In this document: piece after piece, positions 41,700 to 50,086 of the stretch
How positions within the stretch are numbered: position 1 is the first letter of the stretch
How the letters are laid out: every line of letters begins with the position of its first letter
Sequence record: SRR22947725_3987
Reading direction: 5' to 3' (one strand)
Length of the DNA stretch: 51,443 bases
Translations under genes and position numbers: made by a program
The notes under the pieces: generated by a model
Told to the model about the DNA's origin: nothing
Seen by the model: only the letters and a program-made list of their open reading frames with translations
Database searches by the model: none

Positions 41700-43697
41700 A
41701 TGAGACAATCGAGAAGGAAAGACTGGATTGAAAGGTTGCTACTCATCCTTCTCTCACCCCTCACTCAAGCGGCAACCTTTGATTGCACGATCGAGCCGGG
41801 ATCTGATGATGCAATAGGAAAGGCGCATTACCGTATCTGGATACCAGAGGAAACGCCTGAACTGCGTGGTATTATTTTTCGCCAGCATGGTTGTGGTCAG
41901 GGCGCGAGGAAACTGGGACTGGAGCATGCCGACGATATCCAGTGGCAGACATTGGCTCAAAAACATGGTTTCGCACTCATGGGCTCGCAAATCTGGGCGC
42001 CCGAAGAAGATTGTTCGACCTGGACCATGCCAGAGGATGGATCTGCAAATGCCTTCCTGAGTGCGATCAAATTACTCGCAAGAGCCTCGGGGCATGCAGA
42101 ATTGGATCAGGTTCCCTGGTGCTTGTGGGGTCACTCCGGGGGAGCGATCTGGACAGTGAACATGGCTTACCTGTTTCCTGAGCGTATCATCGCAGCCTTT
42201 CCTCGCTCTGGAGGTCTTTCGCCTGCCGGAACCACCTACACGCGCAGCACCCCACAAAAGCCCGGTTCAAACAAGGCAACACTGAAAGTCCCCATCCTTT
42301 TTTGCTATGGCAAAGAGGAGTATCAATCCGGCAACCGTTTCTATGATTTAATCGCCGGGGTACACGAAGTATTCGAGTTTGGCCGCAAGCACCATGCACC
42401 TTGGGCTCTCGCAGTGCACCCCGACTCTGAACATGAGAACAGTCAGAGCCGGCAACTGGCCATTCGCTACTTCGATAAGATCATCCCTGCGCGACTACCT
42501 GACCCAGCCCATCCCAAGAACAAGATTCAGGTCCTGAAAACATTGCCCACCGGAAAACATTGGATCGGATTACATGAATCCCTGGAAACTTTCGAAGCAT
42601 CCAATCTGCAATCCAATCTGCATAAATCCAGCTATCTACTGAACAAAACCCTTGCCACCGATTGGGAATCTTTTTGTCAAAATGGACACATCCCCGATAC
42701 CTCTCCTCCTACGCCTCCACACAACTTGAGAGTCGAACAGGAGCAATATCGAACCAAGTTGCAATGGAATGCTTATGCAGACATGGAGTCAGGCATCCAA
42801 TCTTTCAGAATCTACCGCAAGGGAAAACTCATCGGCGAAATAGCTGGGGTATTGAATCGACAATGGAACCCAACAGGGGCCTATCAGGCTTGGAATTACA
42901 GTGACCAGCCACTCCATGGCCGAGAACTTCTACCTATGGTTTTCACGGATGGCAACGCAGCCAATGCACAACCCGAGGATTACCATGTATCAACGGTCAA
43001 CAAAGAGGGATTGGAATCCAAGCGCACTCAGGGCATCAGCATGAAGACATGGAGCGTAAGAAATAAATCCGTGTGGACAAATCTCTCGGATACCGATTTT
43101 TTAACTCACTGGGAAGGACCTGATGGTCATAAGCCGAGAGGCTGGAAATGGGAAAACGAAATCCTGAGCATGTCTCCACACAAAGACAAAGAGTCACAAA
43201 CCAGCCTGTATTCCAAAGAAATCTATGGAGATTTTGAGTTTCAGTTTCAGTTCAGAATCGGAAATGGAGGAAACAGTGGTGTCAAATATCGTATGCAGGA
43301 TTTCGATGAACAATTCCTTGGTCCCGAATACCAGATACTCGACGACCAGCAACACTACCCTGGCTACAACCCTGCCGAATCGACAGAAGCCCGTTACATT
43401 ACAGGCACACTTTACGTATTGGACATGGGAGATTGGAACCTGGATCCTCGTCATCCACCAGGGACATGGAATGCCGGAAGAATCATTTCAAATGGCAACC
43501 GGATTGAGCATTGGATCAACGGGGTAAAGATCGTAGATACACGCACCCATACCGAGGAATTCAAACGGGCTATTCAACAAAGCAAGTTCAAGAAATGGGA
43601 TCATTACGCCCAAAACACCAAAGGCCGCATCATGCTGCAGGACCACGGAACCAAAGTCGAATTCAGAGGATTAAAAATCAAACGCCTACAAAAATAG
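41700..43697 (+). CDS. Secreted alpha/beta-hydrolase + FN3-like + DUF1080 (3-keto-disaccharide hydrolase-like) fusion protein
   Basis: WGHSGG nucleophile elbow; PPTPPHNL..LQW..FRIYR FN3-like segment; YGDFEFQFQF, GNSGVKY, EYQILDD, IEHWING, IMLQDHG..VEFRGLKI of DUF1080. ATG at 41700 avoids overlap with the upstream gene. Confidence 0.8.
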   Translation: MRQSRRKDWIERLLLILLSPLTQAATFDCTIEPGSDDAIGKAHYRIWIPEETPELRGIIFRQHGCGQGARKLGLEHADDIQWQTLAQKHGFALMGSQIWAPEEDCSTWTMPEDGSANAFLSAIKLLARASGHAELDQVPWCLWGHSGGAIWTVNMAYLFPERIIAAFPRSGGLSPAGTTYTRSTPQKPGSNKATLKVPILFCYGKEEYQSGNRFYDLIAGVHEVFEFGRKHHAPWALAVHPDSEHENSQSRQLAIRYFDKIIPARLPDPAHPKNKIQVLKTLPTGKHWIGLHESLETFEASNLQSNLHKSSYLLNKTLATDWESFCQNGHIPDTSPPTPPHNLRVEQEQYRTKLQWNAYADMESGIQSFRIYRKGKLIGEIAGVLNRQWNPTGAYQAWNYSDQPLHGRELLPMVFTDGNAANAQPEDYHVSTVNKEGLESKRTQGISMKTWSVRNKSVWTNLSDTDFLTHWEGPDGHKPRGWKWENEILSMSPHKDKESQTSLYSKEIYGDFEFQFQFRIGNGGNSGVKYRMQDFDEQFLGPEYQILDDQQHYPGYNPAESTEARYITGTLYVLDMGDWNLDPRHPPGTWNAGRIISNGNRIEHWINGVKIVDTRTHTEEFKRAIQQSKFKKWDHYAQNTKGRIMLQDHGTKVEFRGLKIKRLQK

Positions 43698-43705
43698 AAA
43701 AGGAC

Positions 43706-43733
43706 TTGATTCAAGTAAAGTATCCCATACAAT
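43706..43733 (+). promoter_or_regulatory. Putative sigma70 promoter of tRNA-Thr
   Basis: TTGATT (43706-43711), 16 nt spacer, TACAAT (43728-43733). Confidence 0.5.
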
Positions 43734-43790
43734 CCGCTCTGTTGTCCATCGTGGCAAGGCACGTTTAGCCCTACGAAAGACCAACAAAAG

Positions 43791-43865
43791 GCCAGCTTAG
43801 CTCAGCGGTAGAGCAACGGTTTTGTAAACCGTCGGTCGTCGGTTCGATTCCGACAGCTGGCTCCA
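43791..43865 (+). tRNA. tRNA-Thr (anticodon TGT)
   Basis: GCCAGCT/AGCTGGC acceptor stem, D-arm GCTCAGCGGTAGAGC, anticodon arm ACGGT-TTTGTAA-ACCGT, T-arm GTCGGTTCGATTCCGAC, encoded CCA. Confidence 0.98.
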
Positions 43866-44077
43866 TAAAAACTCCACTATCAGCCGGCAAAGCGGCAATC
43901 CTTTGATGTGTCGTTCAGTAAATAGCAGAAGATAATAGAAGGCAAACGACACAAAACGTGTCAATTTTATGTCAATTGGAATGTAGAGGGATGTGGGGCT
44001 TACCTCTAGTTAATGGAGGGTCGATCTGTGATAGCATCATAAAATTGATGTCTCAATCCTCCATCACCACAAGGCGT

Positions 44078-44509
44078 CTAGCTGGCGTTATTCAAATATC
44101 GAGTAACTGACTCGACCCGCACGAGGGAGGCGTTGGCGCCGAGCTTCTGCTCGATAGGGGCCATGACTCGTTCACCTCGCCTGGAGAGAAGCTCAAGGCA
44201 TCGCTCCCTCTTAAGAATCTCATCGATCTTGCGGGGGACAGGCATCCGTGCAAAACGATCGAGCGTCCTCATTACATCCTCACTCATTATTCGCCTGTAC
44301 TCGGCGATAAGAGCAGGGTCATCGATCTCGTCAAACTCAGCTATAGTCTCTTCTTCTTTATGAGTCCCCCACTCATAGCGCCTTTTCCACTCGCGGACGG
44401 TCCCTGGACGCACTTCCAGAGCTCTCCCCACATCTTCAGCATTCATTCCTGAGGCAAGGAGGGCTTTGGCGCGCTTACGAAGCTCAATGTCTAGTGCAGC
44501 TATTGGCAT
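44078..44509 (-). CDS. HTH protein resembling a terminase small subunit / terminase N-terminal HTH
   Basis: AKALLASGMNAEDVGRALEVRPGTVREWKRRYEW HTH followed by helical segments; lies downstream of the replication module. Confidence 0.55.
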   Translation of the reverse strand: MPIAALDIELRKRAKALLASGMNAEDVGRALEVRPGTVREWKRRYEWGTHKEEETIAEFDEIDDPALIAEYRRIMSEDVMRTLDRFARMPVPRKIDEILKRERCLELLSRRGERVMAPIEQKLGANASLVRVESVTRYLNNAS

Positions 44510-44599
44510 AATTTTATATTAGCTTATTTATAGGTAATTGTGAAGAAGGGAAAACGGGGCCAAACACTAATTCGAGGGGACATACCATGGCGCTCTAAT

Positions 44600-44850
44600 C
44601 TATGCCCACCCTAACAATGGCCTCTAATAGAGCGCCGATACGCGGCAAGGGTGGACATAGCAGTAAAAAACCAATATTCCCCTTCTCCTCCCCAAAAGGT
44701 TTTTATTCTCTGAACACATACATACATAAATAAAATAGATTAAAAATATTGTATTATATCCCTATGTCCACCCTTGGAGGAGGAAAGCCGCTCCAGCCGC
44801 GGCTCCCGTCGGGGTGGACATAGAAGTGGGCATAGATTATGTCCACCCTT
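44600..44850. repeat. Iteron-like repeat array flanking an AT-rich core (putative replication origin)
   Basis: CTATGYCCACCC copies: forward 44600-44611, reverse 44647-44660, forward 44762-44775, reverse 44812-44823, reverse partial 44826-44835, forward 44838-44850; AT-rich stretch about 44716-44760. Confidence 0.85.
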
Positions 44851-44873
44851 TTCCAACTTTTAGCAGAGTGTTG

Positions 44874-47198
44874 TCAAACATCTTGAGCACCTTCCCGGAT
44901 TGCGAATACCCATTTACTGTAGCCGTTGACCGTTTTCTTCTCTACGGCGAATCCTCTTTCGGGGTGTTTGTCCGCTGACGTTTTGACGTGCCTTAAAATA
45001 TGCCCGAGGCTGGAGGGGGTCTTAGCCAATTTAGGCATCGATTGGTCCTCTGCCCCGTGCAACAACTCCCAGACTTTGTCTAAATCATGAGCATGTTCCC
45101 CTCCAAATAGTGCTTTAGCTATCTCGCCGCCCTCTTGAAGGATCTTGCTTATCCGTTCACTTACTCGTTCGCTAGGTGAGCCCATCTCTGCGGCTTCTAT
45201 GCAAATCGGGTGTTGCCATGTCGCTACACCATATCGCTCCCCTGAACACTCCTCGGGCAATACGTAGTTGTCTATGCAGTGGCAGAAAGCTTGAACTTCG
45301 TTCCGTATTTGCTCCTGAATTTCGGCTCCCACGGGGTCGTTCATCCCCTTCCACATATTCACATGGAAGCACCTGAGGTATATCACTTTGTCCTCGATAC
45401 CTGCTACTGGCGGTATGGCCGCCAGGTCTTCTTGCGTGTCATCATTCGCTGAGGCTACTATTAAACGCTTAGAAGGAAGTGTAGTCTTTTCTTTCCCTTT
45501 GCCCTCACAGCGCGTGTCAGGATTTGCCGCAATCTTTTTATAGTATCCCGCCAAATCTTTTCTCGCCTTATACCTCCCATCGCCTTCCGAATCACTTAGG
45601 ATCGTGATCACGTTTCCGATCTGCTCTGCGTTGAACCGGCTTAAAAGATCTTGGGTTTCGCATAGGCTGTATTTTCTGTCTATGCAGTATGGAAGGATTT
45701 CTGTCTGGAAATGTGTCTTACCACAGCCCTTTGCGCCTATGAGCATGAGCGGCGGGACCGTTCTTTTTTCCTGGTAATTTTTGACCATCTTCCGAGTCGC
45801 CTTTAATAGCCCCATCAGAATATGGAATTGATGCTCCCAGTGGGGTTCGTTTGCGTTTTTCCCTAATAGCCTCTGGATGTATTCAATCGTCTGCGGACAC
45901 TCTCCCTGCTGCCCTTCCTCAAAATATCGCTCTTGTGGGACGAAAAAGTATTTCCCCTGATATTCGTGAAGACCCGCGGGGTAGCCGGCGACCTCTCCGA
46001 TGTAGCTTAGTTTTGGTTTCTTCCCGATCTTTGCGAGAACGTAATCGACTTCTGAGCTGTTCGGGCCATTGACCAGTTCCTTAGAGACATCTAGATCCCA
46101 CACTAGAAATCTTTCAAAGTCGTCTCGAGCCATTTGCATGTATCCTCCAGACTTCGGGTCGCCCTGTAGTAGAATCCCGTTGTCTGGGTCTTCGGGGCTT
46201 CTCGGATAAAGCATCTCCGAACCGATTCGGTGAGTCTTCTTAACAATTTCGTCGAGCTTTCCCTTGTCGAAATCCTTCCTGTGGCTGTTTTCTTCTGCCG
46301 CTTTCTTGATCACCCTCTTGAGTTCCATCATCCCCAGTCCTTGAATCCCCAGTCCTACGATCCTTTCGCTAAATACTTTTTGAAGCCTGGGATCCTCATG
46401 CATTGCCGCCATTGATTGGTAGAGTCTTTTCTCGGGTTTCCCCCCACCTTCTATCACGCTTTTGAGGCTGGCCTCATTGAGCTTATCCAGCAACTTGAAT
46501 TGAAGATTACCTTTGGATTCTTCGGGATCGAGGGGGATGCGCTCGAGTGCGTTCCACTTCTCATTTCCTTCTGCGTCCCAAACTTCAAAGCAATCGTCCG
46601 CCCCCTTCTCTCCATCATAAGGGAGCCTCGGCAGGGTTAATTCTAACGATGAAAATTCTGTTTTAACCATTGCCTTTGCCAGTAGCACAGCTGCATTGGC
46701 GAAGTCCTTGTTGATGGCTGTGTCCGTGTCTCCCAAAAACTCGATTGTCTTTAGTTTCTCAGCATTTTTGAGGACCACAATCAATTCGGGGTGGAGTTTA
46801 TTCGTGTTCTTGGGGGTCAGTGCCCCATAAAACCCCTTTATTCCGACGGCGGGGATCCCCCGTTCCCAGAGGGAGAGGGCTTTGAACTCACCCTCGACGA
46901 TCACCAATGAATCGGCGCTTTCGACTTTCAGTTCGGGCGGGATATATATGTGCGTGGTTGAGCCTTTCCTTTGCGAATACTTCTTATCTCCAGTAGGGGC
47001 ATTCAAACGCAATACTGAGAAAGGTTCTTCAGCGTCCACCACATCCCTTCCTTGGTAGGTTTTATATGGGATCAATATGCCCGTTTCCCTGATTCCCACT
47101 TGGCTCGATGCTTCCGCTGAATCGACTTGTTTGATTCCTGCCGATTTCAAGAAGTCTTCGGAAATCCCGGGCCGTTTTAGTTTGGTTTCTGTGTTCAT
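44874..47198 (-). CDS. Toprim-type (DUF3854-like) primase fused to SF3/D5-like helicase
   Basis: LVIVEGEFKA, FLGDTD and KGADD Toprim acidic motifs; Walker A GAKGCGKT, SRFN, TILSDSE, ASAN in the C-terminal half. Confidence 0.82.
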   Translation of the reverse strand: MNTETKLKRPGISEDFLKSAGIKQVDSAEASSQVGIRETGILIPYKTYQGRDVVDAEEPFSVLRLNAPTGDKKYSQRKGSTTHIYIPPELKVESADSLVIVEGEFKALSLWERGIPAVGIKGFYGALTPKNTNKLHPELIVVLKNAEKLKTIEFLGDTDTAINKDFANAAVLLAKAMVKTEFSSLELTLPRLPYDGEKGADDCFEVWDAEGNEKWNALERIPLDPEESKGNLQFKLLDKLNEASLKSVIEGGGKPEKRLYQSMAAMHEDPRLQKVFSERIVGLGIQGLGMMELKRVIKKAAEENSHRKDFDKGKLDEIVKKTHRIGSEMLYPRSPEDPDNGILLQGDPKSGGYMQMARDDFERFLVWDLDVSKELVNGPNSSEVDYVLAKIGKKPKLSYIGEVAGYPAGLHEYQGKYFFVPQERYFEEGQQGECPQTIEYIQRLLGKNANEPHWEHQFHILMGLLKATRKMVKNYQEKRTVPPLMLIGAKGCGKTHFQTEILPYCIDRKYSLCETQDLLSRFNAEQIGNVITILSDSEGDGRYKARKDLAGYYKKIAANPDTRCEGKGKEKTTLPSKRLIVASANDDTQEDLAAIPPVAGIEDKVIYLRCFHVNMWKGMNDPVGAEIQEQIRNEVQAFCHCIDNYVLPEECSGERYGVATWQHPICIEAAEMGSPSERVSERISKILQEGGEIAKALFGGEHAHDLDKVWELLHGAEDQSMPKLAKTPSSLGHILRHVKTSADKHPERGFAVEKKTVNGYSKWVFAIREGAQDV

Positions 47199-47227
47199 TA
47201 TTTTAGTGATCTACAATTCCTGATTGT

Positions 47228-49069
47228 TTAAATTTTTGTGTATTCCAAGCACAGCTGCCCCTCCGCTCCAAGCGGCAGGTCTTCCGCCCACAAGGGTGGC
47301 GTGGTCATGAGTTTGATTATTTGCTGGAGGGTCGCCTCAGCGTCTTCGCTGGGGGCCTCAGCAACTAATTCATCGTGAACAGTGAAGAGAACCCGGATTC
47401 CTGCCCGCTGCACGGCAAGGAGCCCATGGCAGAAAATATCCCTCGCAAGGGCTTGGCATTCGTTTTCGTAGAGCCTTCCGCCATAGTAGGCCTCTCTCCT
47501 GCCATCTCCGCCTTTGGTCGGCGATGCTGTGCATTGGGGTTTGGCCTTTATTTGTTCTCTCTTGACGTTGTGGTATCGAAGTTCTCTCCCGCTTGGCAAT
47601 GTGTTGACGTAGTCGCGCGTTCCAGGGGCGTGATTGTGTTTGAGCCCGACTTCGAGGTCTCTCCAGCGGGCCGTAATCTTTGGGTTGGTTCTTCTGAACT
47701 CGCGCACAATTTGCTCTGCGCGTTTCAATCCTAATCCCTTGCCCTCAGCCAGCCGTTTGGAGCCCTGCTGAAAACCCAAAGCGAGAACCCTGACTTTGGC
47801 CAGATCCCTTGTGTCCGGGTCTTCTGCCTTCAGATCCCCCCCGTTCCAACCCATAGAAGCTCGAGCGTGAGCTTCGTAAACATCAACGCCTTCCTGAATT
47901 GATTTGAGCATTTTTGTATCACCAACAAGCATAGCGCCCGTCCTGACCTCGATATTGGAAAGGTCGATCACGGCGAGTTTGTGTCCGGCTCTTGGGATTA
48001 TGAGCCCCCTAATATCCACCCCCTCTACCGACTCCTTAGGTAGATTTAACATGTTTAGTCTTCCGGCCCCTGAGAAGCGGCCGGTGATCTCGGAACCGTA
48101 GTACTTAACTTCGAACGGCAGTATGTTTTCAGTCGTCAATCTTTCCTCGATCTTTCGGAGCAGCTTGAGCGTCCTGTCTATCTTTCGATAGTGCTGAAGG
48201 CTTTTTATGAGATCCACACCGCTTGGGTAATTTTCCATCCAAATCTTTAATTCGGGGGCATCCTTCTTCGTTGACGAAGGCGCAGGGATTCCGAGGTCTT
48301 CGCAAGCTCGCTCCAAACCTTTTTTTGAACCCGGCGACATATCGGGGGACCATGGGAGTTGTTCGATAAGATCCCTGCGGGCCTCAACTAAGCTGTCTAT
48401 TCCTAATTCCAAGGCTTGGCGATCGATCCTTACACCGTATTCCCCTTGGTTCATTGCCAGTGTCATTAAATCCATTTCGTGCTGGGGCGTTTTCGGTAAG
48501 AGCTTCTTGTAGATACGGAGGGCGTATTTGGCGTCATCTTTTGCATACTGGACGAATTCTGCCCGTTCGTTCTGAGAAAGGTCCTCTAAGGTCCGACCCT
48601 TCATACGATCCCGCACATCTTTCGACACTTTGCAGTCAAAGAGGGCTGCACAAGCCCCTTTTAGAGAACGTGGCAACTGGTTGTAGGCGCACATACCGGA
48701 CGTATCGATCCAGGCATCTTCGGGAATCTTGGGGCATCCCGGCGTAGCTCTTAGGACGGCTCTATCAAACCCCGCGTTATGCGCTACAATCTTCCTCCCT
48801 TTCAAGATCTCCCATGGGAAAGTCTCCGGAGGTTCGCATATTACGCTTCCATCGGGAGTAGCTGCGGATATGAGAAGCGTTTGAAAATTTGGGTGCTTCG
48901 TATATGCGTGGCTTCCAAGCTCGAAGACGGAGCATTCATCGTCGTAATACGTTTCAGTATCGACCGCAACGACTTGTTTTTCGGTCGGGTCTGTTTTGCG
49001 ATTCTGTTGGTGGTTTTGCATGCGTTGATAAATCAGAGATTTGGCCTTTAGTTTTTCGTTGAAGACCAT
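47228..49069 (-). CDS. Phage-type family A DNA polymerase with 3'-5' exonuclease, no 5'-3' nuclease
   Basis: ExoI VDTETY, ExoII HNAGFDR, ExoIII YAKDD; TGRFS; motif A DLSNIEVR; motif B RDLAKVRVLALGF; YGGRLYENECQALARD; motif C VHDE. Confidence 0.93.
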   Translation of the reverse strand: MVFNEKLKAKSLIYQRMQNHQQNRKTDPTEKQVVAVDTETYYDDECSVFELGSHAYTKHPNFQTLLISAATPDGSVICEPPETFPWEILKGRKIVAHNAGFDRAVLRATPGCPKIPEDAWIDTSGMCAYNQLPRSLKGACAALFDCKVSKDVRDRMKGRTLEDLSQNERAEFVQYAKDDAKYALRIYKKLLPKTPQHEMDLMTLAMNQGEYGVRIDRQALELGIDSLVEARRDLIEQLPWSPDMSPGSKKGLERACEDLGIPAPSSTKKDAPELKIWMENYPSGVDLIKSLQHYRKIDRTLKLLRKIEERLTTENILPFEVKYYGSEITGRFSGAGRLNMLNLPKESVEGVDIRGLIIPRAGHKLAVIDLSNIEVRTGAMLVGDTKMLKSIQEGVDVYEAHARASMGWNGGDLKAEDPDTRDLAKVRVLALGFQQGSKRLAEGKGLGLKRAEQIVREFRRTNPKITARWRDLEVGLKHNHAPGTRDYVNTLPSGRELRYHNVKREQIKAKPQCTASPTKGGDGRREAYYGGRLYENECQALARDIFCHGLLAVQRAGIRVLFTVHDELVAEAPSEDAEATLQQIIKLMTTPPLWAEDLPLGAEGQLCLEYTKI

Positions 49070-49076
49070 TTATTAT

Positions 49077-49823
49077 TTAAAAGTAGTTGTATGTGAACTT
49101 TTTGCGTTTCATCCAGCGATTCAAGCGCGTATCCGTCTGGTGTTTTCGTAGTCTCTCTTCGGCCTGGGAAAGAGTTTCGAAGTGTTGTGCGGCAAGCCTG
49201 ATATAATCCGCATATACCCGCGGAGGGATGTCATCATTGGTTGCTAGAATCTCGATGTCCGATTCGGGGGCTTGGAACAGGCTACTATGCGGATCGGGGG
49301 TGTCCTCGACTCGATACTTCGATAGAACCGTTGTAGCTTGGAATGCCTGCTGGAAAGCGACTCCCCAACGCTCGGCTAGGCTTAGATGTTCCTGATTGTA
49401 CCAATAGGCTATTGTATCCACCGCGGCATAAGCCTCGGTGGAGAGGCTATCCATGCCCGGGTAGCAGTCTCGATATTCTTTTGCTCGGCGTACCGCAGCA
49501 GAAAGAGCGGGTCGCCCCACCGCCTTAACAGGAGCTAGGAGGAAACGAACATGATATGGTGGGACTGCTTCCACTGGCGGCGGGTCCTTTAAGTCTTTCT
49601 CGACTGCTCGAAGCCATTTGGCAGCTCGGCAACTGCGGTATATGGTCGTCGCCATTCGGCAAGCTTCCTTTTGAGCGCCCGAACCCTCTTTTACGTCACA
49701 GAGCTCTAAGTTCTCATCGAGAGCGTTCTCGCATTCCGCCGCACGAAGAAGAATCTTGACTACTTTGGCTGGTAGGAGTTCCGGTGGAAAATCCGCGGGC
49801 GTCGCATGTTTGATGATGTCCAT
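49077..49823 (-). CDS. Hypothetical protein of the island operon
   Basis: 248-aa ORF packed between the excisionase (4 nt gap) and polA (7 nt gap); no recognised motif. Confidence 0.7.
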   Translation of the reverse strand: MDIIKHATPADFPPELLPAKVVKILLRAAECENALDENLELCDVKEGSGAQKEACRMATTIYRSCRAAKWLRAVEKDLKDPPPVEAVPPYHVRFLLAPVKAVGRPALSAAVRRAKEYRDCYPGMDSLSTEAYAAVDTIAYWYNQEHLSLAERWGVAFQQAFQATTVLSKYRVEDTPDPHSSLFQAPESDIEILATNDDIPPRVYADYIRLAAQHFETLSQAEERLRKHQTDTRLNRWMKRKKFTYNYF

Positions 49824-49827
49824 ACTA

Positions 49828-50046
49828 TTATTGACCTGCGACGTGGATTTTGTGTTTGTTTAGCAGCTCTTTGATTTGTTCAAGATCAAATCTCACACAT
49901 CCTGGTGATAGCCTTATCACCGGAATCTTGTGGGCATTGACCCAAAGGTCTAAAGACCGAATAGATATTCGCAGTTTTTGGGCGACCTCTCGTTTTGTGA
50001 GTAAAGGCTCGCCCAACAGATTAATTTCCTTACCGTTTCTTACCAT
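49828..50046 (-). CDS. Excisionase/AlpA-like HTH DNA-binding protein
   Basis: LLTKREVAQKLRISIRSLDLWVNAHKIPVIRL..GCVRFD, the HTH_17-type pattern; 72 aa. Confidence 0.88.
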   Translation of the reverse strand: MVRNGKEINLLGEPLLTKREVAQKLRISIRSLDLWVNAHKIPVIRLSPGCVRFDLEQIKELLNKHKIHVAGQ

Positions 50047-50086
50047 AGACCATAAGAGAACCGGAAAATCCGCGTATCATCAAAGA

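Noticed and set aside
44600-44850. CRISPR array interpretation of the repeats
   Set aside because: Repeats are only 10-14 bp, in mixed orientation and irregularly spaced; no cas genes in the window.
47228-49069. Host DNA polymerase I (polA)
   Set aside because: No 5'-3' nuclease domain, phage-type motifs, and located inside a tRNA-anchored island.
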